Source: an uncultured Verrucomicrobiae bacterium (GTDB lineage Bacteria; Verrucomicrobiota; Verrucomicrobiia; Limisphaerales; UBA11358). From it: DNA of 64,000 nucleotides. Both the position numbers and the translations under genes were made by a program. Each line of letters opens with the position of its first letter. Within the stretch, counting starts at the first letter, position 1. Under the pieces are notes generated by a model. The model did no database searches, was not told where the DNA came from, and saw only the letters and a list, made by a program, of their open reading frames with translations. Positions 22,351-35,430 of this stretch are shown piece by piece. Location: positions 634,349 through 698,348 of the forward strand of contig CAVXQV010000013.1 in NCBI GenBank assembly GCA_963764035.1. Reading direction: 5' to 3'.

Positions 22351-23325
22351 TCAAAGTCCGCGGACGCCGACCATGCGCTGGGTTTGGACGCACCAGACTT
22401 TCAGGCGCAGGCACCGGAGAATGTCGAACGGATGCAGCGTGGTGGTCTTGGCCCGCCGCAGTTCGGGAATGTCGCGGTAGATTTCCGGCAGGCGGTAGAA
22501 CGGAATGCGGTGGTTGAGATGATGAATGTGGTGATAGCCGATGTTGGCGCTGAACCAGGCCATGATGGGACCGGTTTTCATGTGGCTGGAGGATTCGAGC
22601 GCGGCGCCTTCGTAGGTCCAGCCTTCCTCGTCCATCAGGGTGACGCCGGGGAAATTGTGCTGGGCGTAAAACAGGTAGGAACCCAATGCGCTGGCAATGA
22701 AGAACGGCACGACGAGCGTGAGCACGAGAGCGCTCCAGCCGGCCAGCAGCACCAGCGAAGCGGCAAGCACGAGGTGCAAGAAAAAGGCCAACAGACAGTC
22801 GTAATGTTTGCGCGGAGATTCGAAAATGGACCGGAGCGTCATGCTGAAAAGAAAAACGGTCAGGTAGCCGCACAGCAGGGTGGCGGGATGACGCAGGAAC
22901 AGATACTTGAACCGCGCGGCGCGGGAGGAATTTTGATATCGCTCCCGGGTCATGACGGGATAGGAGCCGAGGTTGGAGTCGCGCAGCTTGGAATTGTGGG
23001 CGTGATGATGGTCGTGCGAATGGCGCCAGGTGCTGCTGGGACACAGGAGGCAGATGCCGGCGACGCGCATGAGGATTTCCGCGAGGCGCGATTTGGGCAG
23101 GATGGCGCGATGCTGGTGGTCGTGGTAAATCACAAAGAACCGGACCATCAACAATCCGGTCAGCCCGCTGCACACGATGCGCAGGGCGAGCGGCAGACCG
23201 GGCAGCGTTCCGGCCAGGGCGGTGACGAGGAGGAACGCGGTGGACAGGATGCACCACCAGCTTTTCCAAGAATTATCACGGGCATAGTCCTTGGTGCGCG
23301 GGTAAAGGGCTTCAGTGGTTTGCAT
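22351..23325 (-). CDS. Fatty acid desaturase
   Basis: His boxes HDHQH, HDHHH and HHIHH plus TM segments. Confidence 0.92.
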   Translation of the reverse strand: MQTTEALYPRTKDYARDNSWKSWWCILSTAFLLVTALAGTLPGLPLALRIVCSGLTGLLMVRFFVIYHDHQHRAILPKSRLAEILMRVAGICLLCPSSTWRHSHDHHHAHNSKLRDSNLGSYPVMTRERYQNSSRAARFKYLFLRHPATLLCGYLTVFLFSMTLRSIFESPRKHYDCLLAFFLHLVLAASLVLLAGWSALVLTLVVPFFIASALGSYLFYAQHNFPGVTLMDEEGWTYEGAALESSSHMKTGPIMAWFSANIGYHHIHHLNHRIPFYRLPEIYRDIPELRRAKTTTLHPFDILRCLRLKVWCVQTQRMVGVRGL

Positions 23326-23412
23326 GGCCGGTTCGGATGGGGATGTTTGCAACGGTGTGGACGAGGTGGAGAAAATGGGCATTAAATTTTGCGCGGCAAT
23401 CGTGCGGGATTT

Positions 23413-23628
23413 TCAACGCAGCCGCCAGGTGATGCGCGCCTTGTCCAAATCGTAGGGGGACATTTCCATCTTCACGCGGTCGCCAACGGTCAGGCGCACG
23501 AAGCGTTTGCGCATCTTGCCGCAGATGGTGGCGAGCACCAGATGCTTGTTATCGAGTTCGACGCGGAACATCGTGCCGGGCAGGACGGTGGTCACGCGAC
23601 CCTCGATTTCAATGGCTTGTTCTTTCAT
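23413..23628 (-). CDS. infA: Translation initiation factor IF-1
   Basis: [12 protein letters not shown]...GKMRK...[13 protein letters not shown]. Confidence 0.97.
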   Translation of the reverse strand: MKEQAIEIEGRVTTVLPGTMFRVELDNKHLVLATICGKMRKRFVRLTVGDRVKMEMSPYDLDKARITWRLR

Positions 23629-23644
23629 CCCGGTTGGAATATGA

Positions 23645-23680
23645 AAGGCGGAGTTCAGTTCACCCGAACTCCGCCCTTAA
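23645..23680 (-). terminator. Hairpin between the RRM gene and infA
   Basis: ggcggagttc-loop-gaactccgcc stem. Confidence 0.6.
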
Positions 23681-23694
23681 AATTTTGCGTTTGA

Positions 23695-24051
23695 TTAATA
23701 GCGACCGCGACCGCCGCCGCCGCCGCCACCGCGATAACCACCGCCACCACCGCCGCCACCGCCGTATTCACGACGGCCGCCACCGCCGCCGCCGCTGCGC
23801 TCTTCACGCGGCCGGGCAACGTTAACAGTGAGGGCGCGACCGCCCAGTTCCTTGCCGTTCAGGCCGTCAATGGCCTTCTGCGCCTCTTCGGGGGTGCTCA
23901 TGGTCACAAAACCAAACCCGCGCGGGCGGTTGGTGGTGCGATCCATCATCAGGTTGGCTTCGGTGACCGTGCCAAACGCGGCGAACGCGTCCTGCAGATC
24001 GTTTTCGGTGGTGTCGAAGGAAAGGTTTCCGACGAATAATTTATTGCTCAT
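23695..24051 (-). CDS. RRM RNA-binding protein with Gly-rich tail
   Basis: RNP2 LFVGNL and RNP1 RGFGFVTM. Confidence 0.95.
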   Translation of the reverse strand: MSNKLFVGNLSFDTTENDLQDAFAAFGTVTEANLMMDRTTNRPRGFGFVTMSTPEEAQKAIDGLNGKELGGRALTVNVARPREERSGGGGGGRREYGGGGGGGGGYRGGGGGGGRGRY

Positions 24052-24275
24052 GTGATGTTACTTTAGTTGTCCGAGATTCGATTTGCTTTAACCAGACTGT
24101 TTCCGTTCATCGGATTTCAAATCATCACTGAACCAAGTTCACTTGAAGATTTACCATGCCTTGAAAGAGACAAGCATCTATCAGACCTAGCAAACCTGAC
24201 AGGTTTCGCTGGAATAGCAACAACTATCTTGAGATATTTTGCCCGCGCAAACGCGTTCCAGCGTCGCAACAAACA

Positions 24276-25475
24276 GTGAAACCAAAGACTTTCATGCTCA
24301 TCGCCGGCGAGGCGAGCGGGGATTTGCTCGCGGCGGAACTGGTTTCCGCCCTGCCGCGGGCAAATCTGCCGGACGCGCACGATTTTTCGGCGCGGGCGGC
24401 ACGAAAATGGCGGAGGCCGGCGTCGAACTGGCGTTTGACCTGACGCAGCACGCGGTCATCGGCATTTCCGACGTGCTGAAAAATTATTTCAAGTTCCGGC
24501 GGCTGTTCAACCAACTGCTCGCGCTGGCCATCGAACGCAAGCCGGACGTCATCATCGGCGTGGATTACGGCGGGTTCAACCTGCGCTTCGGCCACGCGAT
24601 CAAGGAATACGTCCGCGACAATCCGTTTTCGAAATGGAATCCGAAAATCGTCCAGTTCGTTTCGCCGCAGGTCTGGGCGTCGCGTCCGGGCCGCGCGGAT
24701 TTGCTGGCGGCGGATTACGATTTGCTCTTGAGCATTTTCCCGTTTGAAAAGGACTGGTATGCGCAGCGCGTGCCGAAGTTGCGCGTGGAATTTGTCGGGC
24801 ATCCGATGGTGGGAAGATTTCGAATGACGAGTTGGCGGACGGAAGTCACAGAAGGCGAGAATCGACTCAGCGGAGCTCTCACTCGACACATTTTGCTTCT
24901 GCCCGGCAGCCGGAAGAGCGAATTGCAGACGGCATTTGCCGGTGATGCTCGACGCGCTGAAGTTGATTCAGGCCAAAAGTTGCCGCGTACGTGCAGAACG
25001 CGAAAATGGTTTTGCCGAAACTGCAGAGCATGCTGACGACAACTCGCGGACAAGCTGATCCGCGCCTCCATGGCACGAATTTGGAAATCCAAATCGGCAA
25101 TCTGCCGGAGGCGCTGGCGCGGGCGGATGTCGCCATCGCCTCGACCGGCACGGTGACGATGGAATGCGCGTTCTTCGGCGTGCCGACGGTGACGCTCTAC
25201 AAAACGTCGTGGTTCACTTACGAGATCGCCAAGCGCATCGTGACGGTGAAATCGCTGACGATGCCGAACATTGCTGGCGGGCGAGGAAGTTTATCCCGAA
25301 TTCATCCAGAGACGACGCGACGCCGGAAAACATCGCCGCGCGCCGCGCTGGAACTGTTGCAGAACGAATCGCGCCGGGCAAAAATCAAATCGCAGCTTGC
25401 CAAGATTGTTTCCTCGCTCGGCGAACCCGGCGCAGCCGGCGCGCGGCGGCGGCGATTTTGAGTTTGTTCCCATGA
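24276..25475 (+). CDS. lpxB: Lipid-A-disaccharide synthase (several frameshifts)
   Basis: LIAGEASGD, VSPQVWASR, IFPFE, FVGHP, LLPGSRKSE, ASTGTVTME. Confidence 0.92.
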
Positions 25476-25729
25476 AAGACCTGACGAATCCGAACCTGGA
25501 TCAAAGTGAAAGGATTGTTGCTTTCTGCTCATCGGCATTGCCGCCGCAATTTTAATTTTCCTCGACAGCCCGAATTGGAAAACCGCCGTCTTGCTCGCCC
25601 TGGCGATCTGGAGCTTTCTGCCGGTTTTATTATTTCGCATTTTACGTCATCGAAAAATACGTTGATCCGACCTACAAGTTTTCCGGGCTGATTTCGTTTG
25701 TGAGGTATTTGCTCCGGCGGCGCCGTTGA
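25472..25729 (+). CDS. Small membrane protein (frameshifted)
   Basis: Stitched translation MKDLTNP...WIKVKGLL...AIWSFCRFYYFAFYVIEKYVDPTYKFSGL. Confidence 0.65.
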
Positions 25730-25776
25730 GTTGTAAATTCAATTTGAGTCTCGTTACCTCGACTCCTACACTGTTC

Positions 25777-26262
25777 ATGGAATCACTGCACGCGCCGTGG
25801 CGGATTGAATACATCCTCGCGCCCAAGCCCAAGCTGGACGCGAGCCTGTTCACGCGCATCGCGCAGTCCAGCGACGACGAGGGCAATTACGTCATCGCGC
25901 GCGACCGGACCTGCTTCGCGCTGCTCAACACATATCCCTACAACGGCGGGCACCTGATGATCGTGCCTTACAAGGAAGTCGCCGACTTGAACGGCCTGAC
26001 CGACGAGGAACTCGCCGATTTGTGGAAGCTGACGCGCCGCTGCATCAACGCGCTGACCGCCGTGATGAAGCCGGACGGTTTCAACATCGGCATCAATCTC
26101 GGCAAGGTCGCCGGCGCGGGCATCGCGGAACATCTGCACATCCACGTCGTGCCGCGCTGGAACGGCGACACGAATTTCATGCCGGTGCTGGCGAACACGA
26201 CGGTTCTGCCGCAGGCGCTGGGCGAACTGGCGGCAAAACTGCGCGCGGAACTGGCGAAATAA
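25777..26262 (+). CDS. HIT family nucleotide hydrolase
   Basis: LNTYPYNGGHLM, AGAGIAEHLHIHVVPRW. Confidence 0.93.
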   Translation: MESLHAPWRIEYILAPKPKLDASLFTRIAQSSDDEGNYVIARDRTCFALLNTYPYNGGHLMIVPYKEVADLNGLTDEELADLWKLTRRCINALTAVMKPDGFNIGINLGKVAGAGIAEHLHIHVVPRWNGDTNFMPVLANTTVLPQALGELAAKLRAELAK

Positions 26263-26267
26263 TTTCA

Positions 26268-27231
<964 letters not shown>

Positions 27232-27235
<4 letters not shown>

Positions 27236-27746
27236 ACATCGTCATCGCCAACCGCCAGCGGACGCGGAAAATCAATTTGCGGCTGTTGAAGAAAATCACC
27301 GGCGATTTGCTCGCGGAATTGAAAATCGAAGAATGCCGAACTCGGCATCAATCTGGTCGCCGCGCCGGAAATGACCTCGCTCAATGAAACCTTTCTGCAG
27401 CACGAAGGTTCGACGGATGTGATCACGTTTGACTACATCGGAGCGGCCGTGGCCCGTCCGCGCAAGACGAAGACCGGAACATGCGGCGGGCCGCCTGCGC
27501 TCCGTGCATGGCGAAATTTTCATTTGCGTGGACGAGGCGGTGTTCAGGCAAGAAATTCGGGACCAACTGGCAGTCGGAAATCGTCCGTTACCTCGTCCAC
27601 GGCGTCTTGCATTTGCTGGGCCATGACGATTCGCAAGCCAGACCCGCGGCGCAAGATGAAACGCGAGGAGAACCGGCGGTTGCGCGAACTTTCCCGCCGG
27701 TTTTCGCTCGCGCAACTCGGCCGCGCCGTTAAACTGTCCGCGGTGA
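27232..27746 (+). CDS. ybeY: rRNA maturation endoribonuclease YbeY (frameshifted, palindromic insert)
   Basis: [23 protein letters not shown]; follows phoH. Confidence 0.88.
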
Positions 27747-28407
27747 GGAAATCGTTGTTCGCCCGCTGGCGCGCCAGTTTTTTCACCGGGTTGGCGGTGG
27801 TGCTGCCCGGCGTCATCACGCTTGCCGTCGTCAAATGGCTGTTCGGCACCATTTCCAGCTTCACGGATTTGCTTTTGTTTTTCCTGCCGCAGAAATTTGA
27901 CTCACGAGAACGACAGGCGCCGGCCCGATGTTCTGGTATTGGAGCGTGCTGGCGCTGTTGCTGGCGGTCGTCATCTGTCGGCTCATCGGCGTGCTTGACG
28001 CGGTATTACATCGGCAAGCGAATGATTGCGTTGGCGGACAGCCTGATGCTGCGCGTGCCGGTGCTGAACAAGATTTACGGCACCATCAAGCAGGTGGACG
28101 AGGCGTTCATTCCGGCAAAAAAAGCTCGTTCAAGACCGTCGTGCTGGTCGAATATCCGCGCGACGGGAATTTATTCGGTCGGCTTCATCACCAGCGAACA
28201 GCGCGGACGAGATCGAGACAAAGACAGGCAAAAAATGCGTGTGCATCTTCATTCCGACGACGCCGATTCCCACGGGCGGCTTTCTGATCGTCGTGCCGGA
28301 GGAAAAAGTCATCAAGCTCGACATGTCCGTGGCCGACGGCTTCAAATACATCATCAGCATCGGCGCGCTTTCGAGTGAGGCCGCACCGCCGCCGAAGATT
28401 CAAATGA
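27743..28407 (+). CDS. DUF502 membrane protein (frameshifted)
   Basis: FFTGLAVVLP, RVPVLNKIYGTIKQ, VEYPR, FIPTTPIPTGGFL. Confidence 0.85.
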
Positions 28408-29058
28408 TTGAATCCGCCACCGGCATCATTCTGCGGACGCGATCCGCTCACGGAAACCAGCCTCATCGTCCACTGGCTCACGCCGGATTTCGGGCGCATC
28501 GCCACGGTGGCCAAGGGCGCGCGCCGGCCAAAATCGCCGTTCCTCGGCAAGCTGGATTTGTTTTACGAGGCGGATTTTTCATTCAGCCGCAGCCGCCGTT
28601 CGGATTTGCACCTCCTGCGCGAAGTCGGCCTGCGCGAAACGCACGGCGCCATCCGCGAAGACATTTGGAAATTGCGCCAGGCCGCCTACGCCGCCGCATT
28701 CATCGAACAGGCGACGGAAACCGGAAACGCCCCTGCCCGCCGTGTTTGAATTGCTGCGCGGTTTTCTCGATTGCCTCTGCCGGCAACCGCCGGTCCCGCA
28801 ACTGGTTTTTGCGTTTGAACTCAAATTGCTTGCAGGAACTTGGCCTCGAATCCTGATTTGCACAAAGCCGAGCCTGTCGGCGGGGGCGAAACAGATTTGT
28901 CCGGGCGCTCTTGAAGAGCGACTGGCCGGCGTGTTTGCGACTGAAACTGGCGCCTGCGCAAACGGACGAACTGCGGCGGTTCCTGCACGGATTTCTTGAT
29001 TTTCCACCTGGGCCGCCTGCCCAAGGGCCGCGCCGCGGCGCTGGCGGAGAAGCTCTGA
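28404..29058 (+). CDS. recO: DNA repair protein RecO (frameshifted)
   Basis: GIILRT..LTETSLIVHWLT..GRIATVAKGARRPKSPF. Confidence 0.88.
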
Positions 29059-29116
29059 AATCGCTTTCCGCGTCGCGAATTTGGCGCTATTTTTGCTCTA
29101 GTTCCGGGGTAACTGA

Positions 29117-31134
29117 ATGAGAAAACGATTTTTCAGATTTTCAACCGTGCGGATGAAGCTGGTGGGCAGCGTGCTGCTGCTCACGCTGCCGGCGCTGGTG
29201 TTCATGTATTTTTACGACCTGCCGATGAGCGGATTCGTGGTGGGGATTCTGGCGCTGGTGGCGGCATGGATGGGCGGCGAATTTTTCGTCCGGCGGCAGG
29301 TGCAGGCCATGACGCGGACGGCCAAAAAAATCGCGGATGGCGACCTGGACGCGCGCACCGGACTGCCGGCCTCGGAGGATGAACTCGGCCAGCTCGCAAA
29401 CATTCTCGACCGCATGGCGGAATCGTTGCAGCAGCGGAACGCCGAGCGCGAGACGAACGGAGAGGGTTTTGCTCAACCGCGCGCTGGAACAGACGGTCGT
29501 CGCCGCCCTCGGCCAGTTCGCACTGACCACCAACGATCTGGAGGCGCTGCTCAACCAGGCCGTCGTTCTGGTGAGCCAGACGCTGGACGTGGAATTCGTG
29601 GCTGTGTTCAAGCGGCTGCCGGATCGGCCAATTGCTTTTGCAGGCGGGCACGGGCTGGAATCCTGAACACATCGGCCACACGAAGCTGCCCGGCAACAAC
29701 GCCACCCAAATCGCCTACACGCTCAATTCCGGCGAACCGGCGATTTCGCCGGATGCCAAAAGGGAAATCCGGTTTGCCGCCTCGCCGTTTCTGGCCGCGC
29801 ACGGCGTGGTCAGCGGCGTGACCATCGCCATTCCCACGCGCGGTGAATCTGTTCGGCGTGCTGGGCGTCCACACCGCCCGCCCGCGCGAGTTCACCGCGG
29901 ACGAAACCCAATTTCTGATCGCCGTGGCCGGCTGCATCGGCATGGCCGCCGATCATTTGAACCTGGAGGACCAGTTGCGGCAGTCGCAAAAAATGGAATC
30001 CGTCGGCCAGCTCGCCGCCGGCGTCGCCCACGATTTCAACAACATGCTGACGATCATCCAGGGCCATTCCAGCGCGCTGCTTGCCAAGCCGTCCCTGCCG
30101 CCCGAAATGCTCGACCCGGTGCAGGCGGTCTTTTTCGCCGCCGAGCGCGCCGCCGGCCTCACGCGGCAACTGCTCATGTTCAGCCGCAAAAACATCATGC
30201 AGCCCAAGCCGCTCGACCTGCGGGAAACCGTCGGCAACATGACCAAGCTGCTCGACCGGCTGATCGGCGAGAACGTCGCGCTCAAATTCCAATCCCCCGC
30301 CGGTCTGCCGTCCGTCCAGGGCGACAGCGGCATGATCGAACAGGTGGTGATGAACCTCGCCGTCAACGCCCGCGACGCCATGCCGCGCGGCGGCACCCTG
30401 GCCATCGAAATTGAACCGATGGACGATTGACGCCACCTACGCCGAAATGCGGCCGGACGCGCGGCCGGGTAGGTTTCTGCGGCTGCGCGTGGCCGACACC
30501 GGCATCGGCATGGACACCGCAACGCTGGGCCGCATCTTCGAGCCATTTTTCACCACCAAGGAGGTCGGCAAGGGCACCGGCCTGGGACTCGCCACCGTTT
30601 ACGGCATCGTCAAACAGCATGAGGGCTGGATCGAGGTCAACAGCGAGCCGGACAAAGGGAGCATGTTCGATGTCTTCTTCCCCATCAGCGAGCAGCCGCT
30701 CCCGCCCGAAAAAATAGAAGCCGCCGCGCCCGCGCCGGTCACCGGCGGCCACGAAACCATTCTCCTGGTCGAAGACGAGGAAATACTGCGCGAAATGGCG
30801 CGCGACATTCTCAAGAATTGCGGCTACCGGCTGTTCGAGGCAGCCACCGGCAAGGAGGCGCTCAAGTTGTGGAGCGAATGCGGCGACAAGATTGACCTGC
30901 TCCTGACCGACATGGTGATGCCGGAAGGCATTTCCGGCGTGGAACTCGCCGAGCGATTGCTGGCCGACCGGCCGGATTTGAAAATCATTTTCACCAGCGG
31001 CTACACTTCCTCCGAAATCAACGCCGGACTGATGGCGCGCATCGCAAGCGCGCTTCCTTCAAAAACCCTACTCGCACACCACGCTCGCCAAGATCGTTCG
31101 CGATTGCCTGGACCAAACCGCGGTGGAGCGTTGA
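29117..31134 (+). CDS. Hybrid sensor kinase HAMP-GAF-HisKA-HATPase-REC (frameshifted)
   Basis: DELGQLA (HAMP), [52 protein letters not shown]. Confidence 0.92.
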
Positions 31135-31140
31135 CGCCGC

Positions 31141-32131
31141 ATGGACAATCGCGCGTCTGGAGACATGACCGTCGCCATTTTGAGCGACATCCATTATGCC
31201 GGCCCCGCCGAACGCGCCCGCGGCGAAGAATACGAGTTTCGACCCATCGCCAATCCCCTGCTTCGTGCAGCCGCGCGTGCTTACCGGCATCTGGTCTGGA
31301 TGCGCCATCCGCTGGATCAGGGACGGCAACTGGACCGTTTTCTGGCTGGAGTCCAGCCGGTGGATTATCTTGTGGCCAATGGAGATTACAGTTGTGACAT
31401 TGCGTTCGTGGGCGTGAGCGACCCGGCGACGTTTCAAAGTGCGCAGGAATGCCTCGGCAAACTTCGCGCGAAATTTGGCGAACAGGCGCGGTTCACTTTC
31501 GGCGACCACGAATTGGGCAAGTGGCCGCTGGTCGGGCGGACAAGGCGGGATGCGCCTGGCAAGCTGGCATGCCGCCACGCGCCAGCTCGGCCTGCAACCA
31601 ATGTGGAAATTCTCCGTCGGGCGGTATCTGCTGATCGGCGTCGCCTCGCCGCTCGTCGCCCTGCCGGCAAACCGGGCGGAAGTTTTGCCGGAGGAATGGC
31701 CGGAATGGCAGCGACTCCGCGAGGCGCATCTTGCTGAAATCCGCGCCGCGTTCGGCGCCTTACAATCCGAACAACGCGTCTTGCTGTTCTGCCATGACCC
31801 CACGGCGCTGCCGTTTCTGGCACGCGAGGAATCAGTGCGCCGCCGGCTGCCTCAAATTGAACAAACAATTCTCGGCCACTTGCACACACGCCTCATTTTG
31901 TGGAAAAGCCGCTTGCTGTCGGGAATTCCGCCCATTCGCTTTTTGGGCCGGAACGTCAACCGATTCACCTCGGCGCTGAATGAAGCCCATCAATGGTGGC
32001 CGTTCCGCGTGCGACTCTGCCCCGCGCTGTCCGGCATTGAACTGCTAAACGACGGCGGTTATTTCACGGTGCAGCTTGATCCGGAAGCGAATCGCCCAGC
32101 GCGGTTCACCTTTCATCCGCTGCCGCGTTAG
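31141..32131 (+). CDS. Metallophosphoesterase (frameshifted)
   Basis: LSDIHY, NGDY, GDHE, CHDP and GHLH motifs. Confidence 0.85.
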
Positions 32132-32134
32132 AAC

Positions 32135-33872
32135 CTACGCGCCGCGCAAATCGGCGCTGCCTGCCTCCAGCAATTTCACCACGGCTTCCACCGCCGCGTC
32201 GGTTTTGGCCGCCTGCAACGCGCCGCCGCGCGGCTTGATTTCCACCTCGCCCTTCGCCAGCGACTTCTCTCCGATGCCGATGCGGATGGGAAAACCGACC
32301 AGTTCCGAATCTTTGAATTTCACGCCGGGCCGCTCGTCCCGGTCGTCGAGAATCACGTCAACGCCTTTCGCCGTCAATTCCGCGTAAATTTTCTCGGCAA
32401 GCTTCATCGGCTCGCTTTCCGGCGCGACCGCCAGCGGCGTGATGCAAACGGTGTAAGGCGCAACGTTCAACGGCCAGATGACGCCGTCCTTGTCGTTGGA
32501 CTGCTCAATGACCGCCTGCAACGTGCGCGTGATGCCGATGCCATAGCAGCCCATGACCGCCGGATGGCGCATGCCGGCTTCGTCCAGGAAAGTCGCGTTC
32601 AGCTTCTCACTGTATTTCGTGCCAAGTTTGAAAACGTGCCCGACTTCAATCGCGCGGCGGATTTTCAGCGGTTTGCCGCATTTCACGCACGGCTCGCCTG
32701 CGGCAACGGTGCGCAAGTCGTGCCACTCGCTGACCTTGATATCTCGCTCAATGGAGACATTTTTCAAATGGAAACCGTCTTCGTTCGCGCCGGTCGTCAT
32801 GTCGTTCGCACCCTGCAAACGTTGGTCGGCGAGAATCTTCACTTCCGCAGGAATATTTACCGACTGCACCGAGCGAACCGGGTTTGGCGCCAAGCAACGG
32901 GACGATTTCATCCACGGTGGCAGGCCGCGCGGCAACTGCTCCCGTCTTCGCCAGCAATTTTGTCTCGTTCAACTGGTCGTCGCCGCGAATCAAAATGATG
33001 ATCGGCTTGCTGTCGGCGACGTAAACCAGCGTCTTGATTTGCCGGTTCGCCGGCACCTTGTAAGGTTCCTTGCTCAATGCCTCGATGGTCACAACGCCGG
33101 GCGTGGCGAATTTCCCCACCGCCGCGCCAACCTCGCGCGCCGCCGTCTTGGGTATGCCGCTCGTCGCCTTCTCGATATTCGCCGCGTAACCGCAGCCTTC
33201 GCAGAACGCCACTTCATTTTCGCCGGTCTCGGCGGGCACCATGAATTCGTGCGAGTAATTGCCGCCGATGACGCCGGTGTCGGCCTCCACCGGAAACGCC
33301 TTCAGACCGCACCGCGCAAAGATACGCGTATAGGCGTCATACATTTTCTTGTAGCTGGCCATCGCGCCTTCGTCCGTCGTGTCGAACGAATACGCGTCCT
33401 TCATGATAAACTCCTTGGCGCGCATCAGGCCGAAGCGCGGACGGATTTCGTCACGAAACTTGAGGCTGATCTGGTAAAAATTCTTGGGCAACTGCCGGTA
33501 GGAATTGATTTCGTTCGCCGCCAGCGTGGTGATGACCTCCTCGGCGGTCGGGCTTAAAAACCATTCACGGTTCGCGCCGTCCTTCACCTTGAACAAAACG
33601 TTGCTGGCGGTTTCGGCGCGACCGCTCTGCTCCCAGATTTCCTTGGGCTGGAGCGCCGGCATGAGCACCTCAATCGCCCCTGCGCGGTCCATTTCCTCGC
33701 GGACGATCTGCTCGACCTTTCGCAGCGCGCGGAGTCCGAGCGGCAGAAAAGTATAGACGCCACCGGCGAGCTTGCGGATGAGGCCGGCGCGCAGCAAGAG
33801 CTTGTGCGAGAGAATTTCCGCGTCAGCCGGAGCTTCGCGGAGCGTGGGAATCAAGGTTTGTATCCAGCGCAT
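32135..33872 (-). CDS. proS: Proline--tRNA ligase (frameshifted)
   Basis: FRDEIRPRFGLMR, IEVGHVFKLGTKYS, MGCYGIG, DDRDERPGVKF. Confidence 0.96.
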
Positions 33873-33876
33873 GTGA

Positions 33877-33966
33877 ATTTACGATTTGCGATTTATAAGC
33901 AACGAGTCAACCGAAGGGCGGAGTTTGCCGCGTAAATCGTCAATCGTAAATCGTAAATCGCAAATT
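33877..33966. repeat. Inverted heptamer repeat clusters (aaatcgt)n
   Basis: atttacgatttgcgattt ... aaatcgtcaatcgtaaatcgtaaatcgcaaat. Confidence 0.8.
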
Positions 33967-34720
33967 ACTTCACGGTGTTCACCAGCGGCGCGAGGCCCTG
34001 AATCCGCACCTCCAGCTTGTCCCCGCTCTGAATCGGCCCGACGCCGCTGGGCGTGCCGGTCAGAATCACGTCGCCCGGCAGCAGCGTCATGTTCGTGGAA
34101 ACGAAGCTGACGATTTCGGCCGGCTTGAAGATGAGCTGTCGGGTGCTGGAATTCTGCCGAAGCTGGCCGTTTTGGAACTGCTGGATGGTCAGATCGCTTG
34201 GATCCAGCATCGTTTCCACGAACGGCCCCAGCGGCGTAAAGGTGTCGAATGATTTGCAGCGCGCCCATTGCGACTCGGCCTTCTGGATGGTGCGGTCGCT
34301 GATGTCCTGCGCGGCGGTGTAGCCGAAAATGTAGCGCGGCGCCTGCGTGGGCGAGACGCTTCGGATTTTGCGGCCGATGACAATGGCCAGTTCCGCCTCG
34401 AAATCCGTCCGGTGCTGGGGAAAGGGAATTTCAATCTTGCCGCCGTCCGGCAGCAGCGACGTGGTGGCCTTGAACCAGATGAGCGGTTCCTTCGGCAATT
34501 CGCGCCCCATCTCGCGCGCGTGATCCAGATAATTGATGCCCACCGCGATGATTTTGCCGGGCACAACCGGCACGAGCGTTTTGACGCCTTTGCGCGGCGT
34601 TGGCTTGCGGTCGAACGACGGCGCGCCGAAGACGTCGCCACGCAGCCGGAACAGTTCGCCTTCCGTCACCTTTGCGTAAAAGATTTCGCCGCCTTTTTGA
34701 AACCGTCCGATGGCCGCCAT
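33965..34720 (-). CDS. Fumarylacetoacetate hydrolase family protein
   Basis: KIIAVGINY, EAELAIVIG, KSFDTFTPLGP, GDVILTGTPSG. Confidence 0.93.
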   Translation of the reverse strand: MAAIGRFQKGGEIFYAKVTEGELFRLRGDVFGAPSFDRKPTPRKGVKTLVPVVPGKIIAVGINYLDHAREMGRELPKEPLIWFKATTSLLPDGGKIEIPFPQHRTDFEAELAIVIGRKIRSVSPTQAPRYIFGYTAAQDISDRTIQKAESQWARCKSFDTFTPLGPFVETMLDPSDLTIQQFQNGQLRQNSSTRQLIFKPAEIVSFVSTNMTLLPGDVILTGTPSGVGPIQSGDKLEVRIQGLAPLVNTVK

Positions 34721-34851
34721 GGAAATTTATGGTTTGTGCTTAACGATATGATTTTCTCCAGTTTCGCGCTGACCCGGGAATCCTAAATCATGAAACATCC
34801 ATCGTAAATGACATTGTTGCCGGGCGGCATTTTTTCAACTACATTGCCGGC

Positions 34852-34983
34852 ATGAAATGGCTGACGAAGCAGGAGCGGTTGGTGCTCTGTGTCGTCGTGG
34901 GCTTGTTGTTGACCGGTTTGGCGGTAAAGGCGTGGCGCACCGCGCATCCACCTCCGGCGGCCACCGAACAGCCCAAACCTTAA
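34852..34983 (+). CDS. Small single-TM protein (43 aa)
   Basis: MKWLTKQERLVLCVVVGLLLTGLAVKAWRT..., stop abuts the next start; below the ORF-track cutoff. Confidence 0.55.
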   Translation: MKWLTKQERLVLCVVVGLLLTGLAVKAWRTAHPPPAATEQPKP

Positions 34984-34985
34984 AG

Positions 34986-35405
34986 ATGCAAGAGATTAAT
35001 TTTGAACAGGCAATCGAACTCATCGCTGCGAAAGATTCGCGTTTTGCGCGCGATGCCTATGTGTTCGTCCGCGAAGCGCTTGATTTTACGCAAAAGCACG
35101 CCGGCAAGGAAGCCCGCGGCGGCATCCGCCACGTCAGCGGACAGGAACTGCTCGACGGCATCCGGCAGTTCGCCCTCCAACAATTCGGCCCGATGGTGGT
35201 GACCGTGTTTGAAGAATGGGGCGTAAAAAGCTGCCGCGACTTCGGCGAGATTGTCTTCAACATGGTGGAGATTGGCCTGCTCGCCAAAACCGAGCGCGAC
35301 TCGCGCGACGATTTTCAGAACGGCTACGATTTCACCGACGCCTTCCTCAAACCGTTCTGGCCGGAAAGCAGAAGGAAAAGCGAAGCGAAGCCGGTCGTGA
35401 ATTGA
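34986..35405 (+). CDS. Minf_1886/TIGR04138-type PVC-restricted protein
   Basis: AYVFVREALD, HVSGQELL, QFGPM, WGVKSCRDFGEIVFNMVE. Confidence 0.85.
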   Translation: MQEINFEQAIELIAAKDSRFARDAYVFVREALDFTQKHAGKEARGGIRHVSGQELLDGIRQFALQQFGPMVVTVFEEWGVKSCRDFGEIVFNMVEIGLLAKTERDSRDDFQNGYDFTDAFLKPFWPESRRKSEAKPVVN

Positions 35406-35430
35406 AAAGGCAAAGTTTCCGTTCGGGCGG

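Noticed and set aside
23700-23800. (ccgccg)n microsatellite
   Set aside because: It encodes the ordinary Gly-rich tail of the RRM protein
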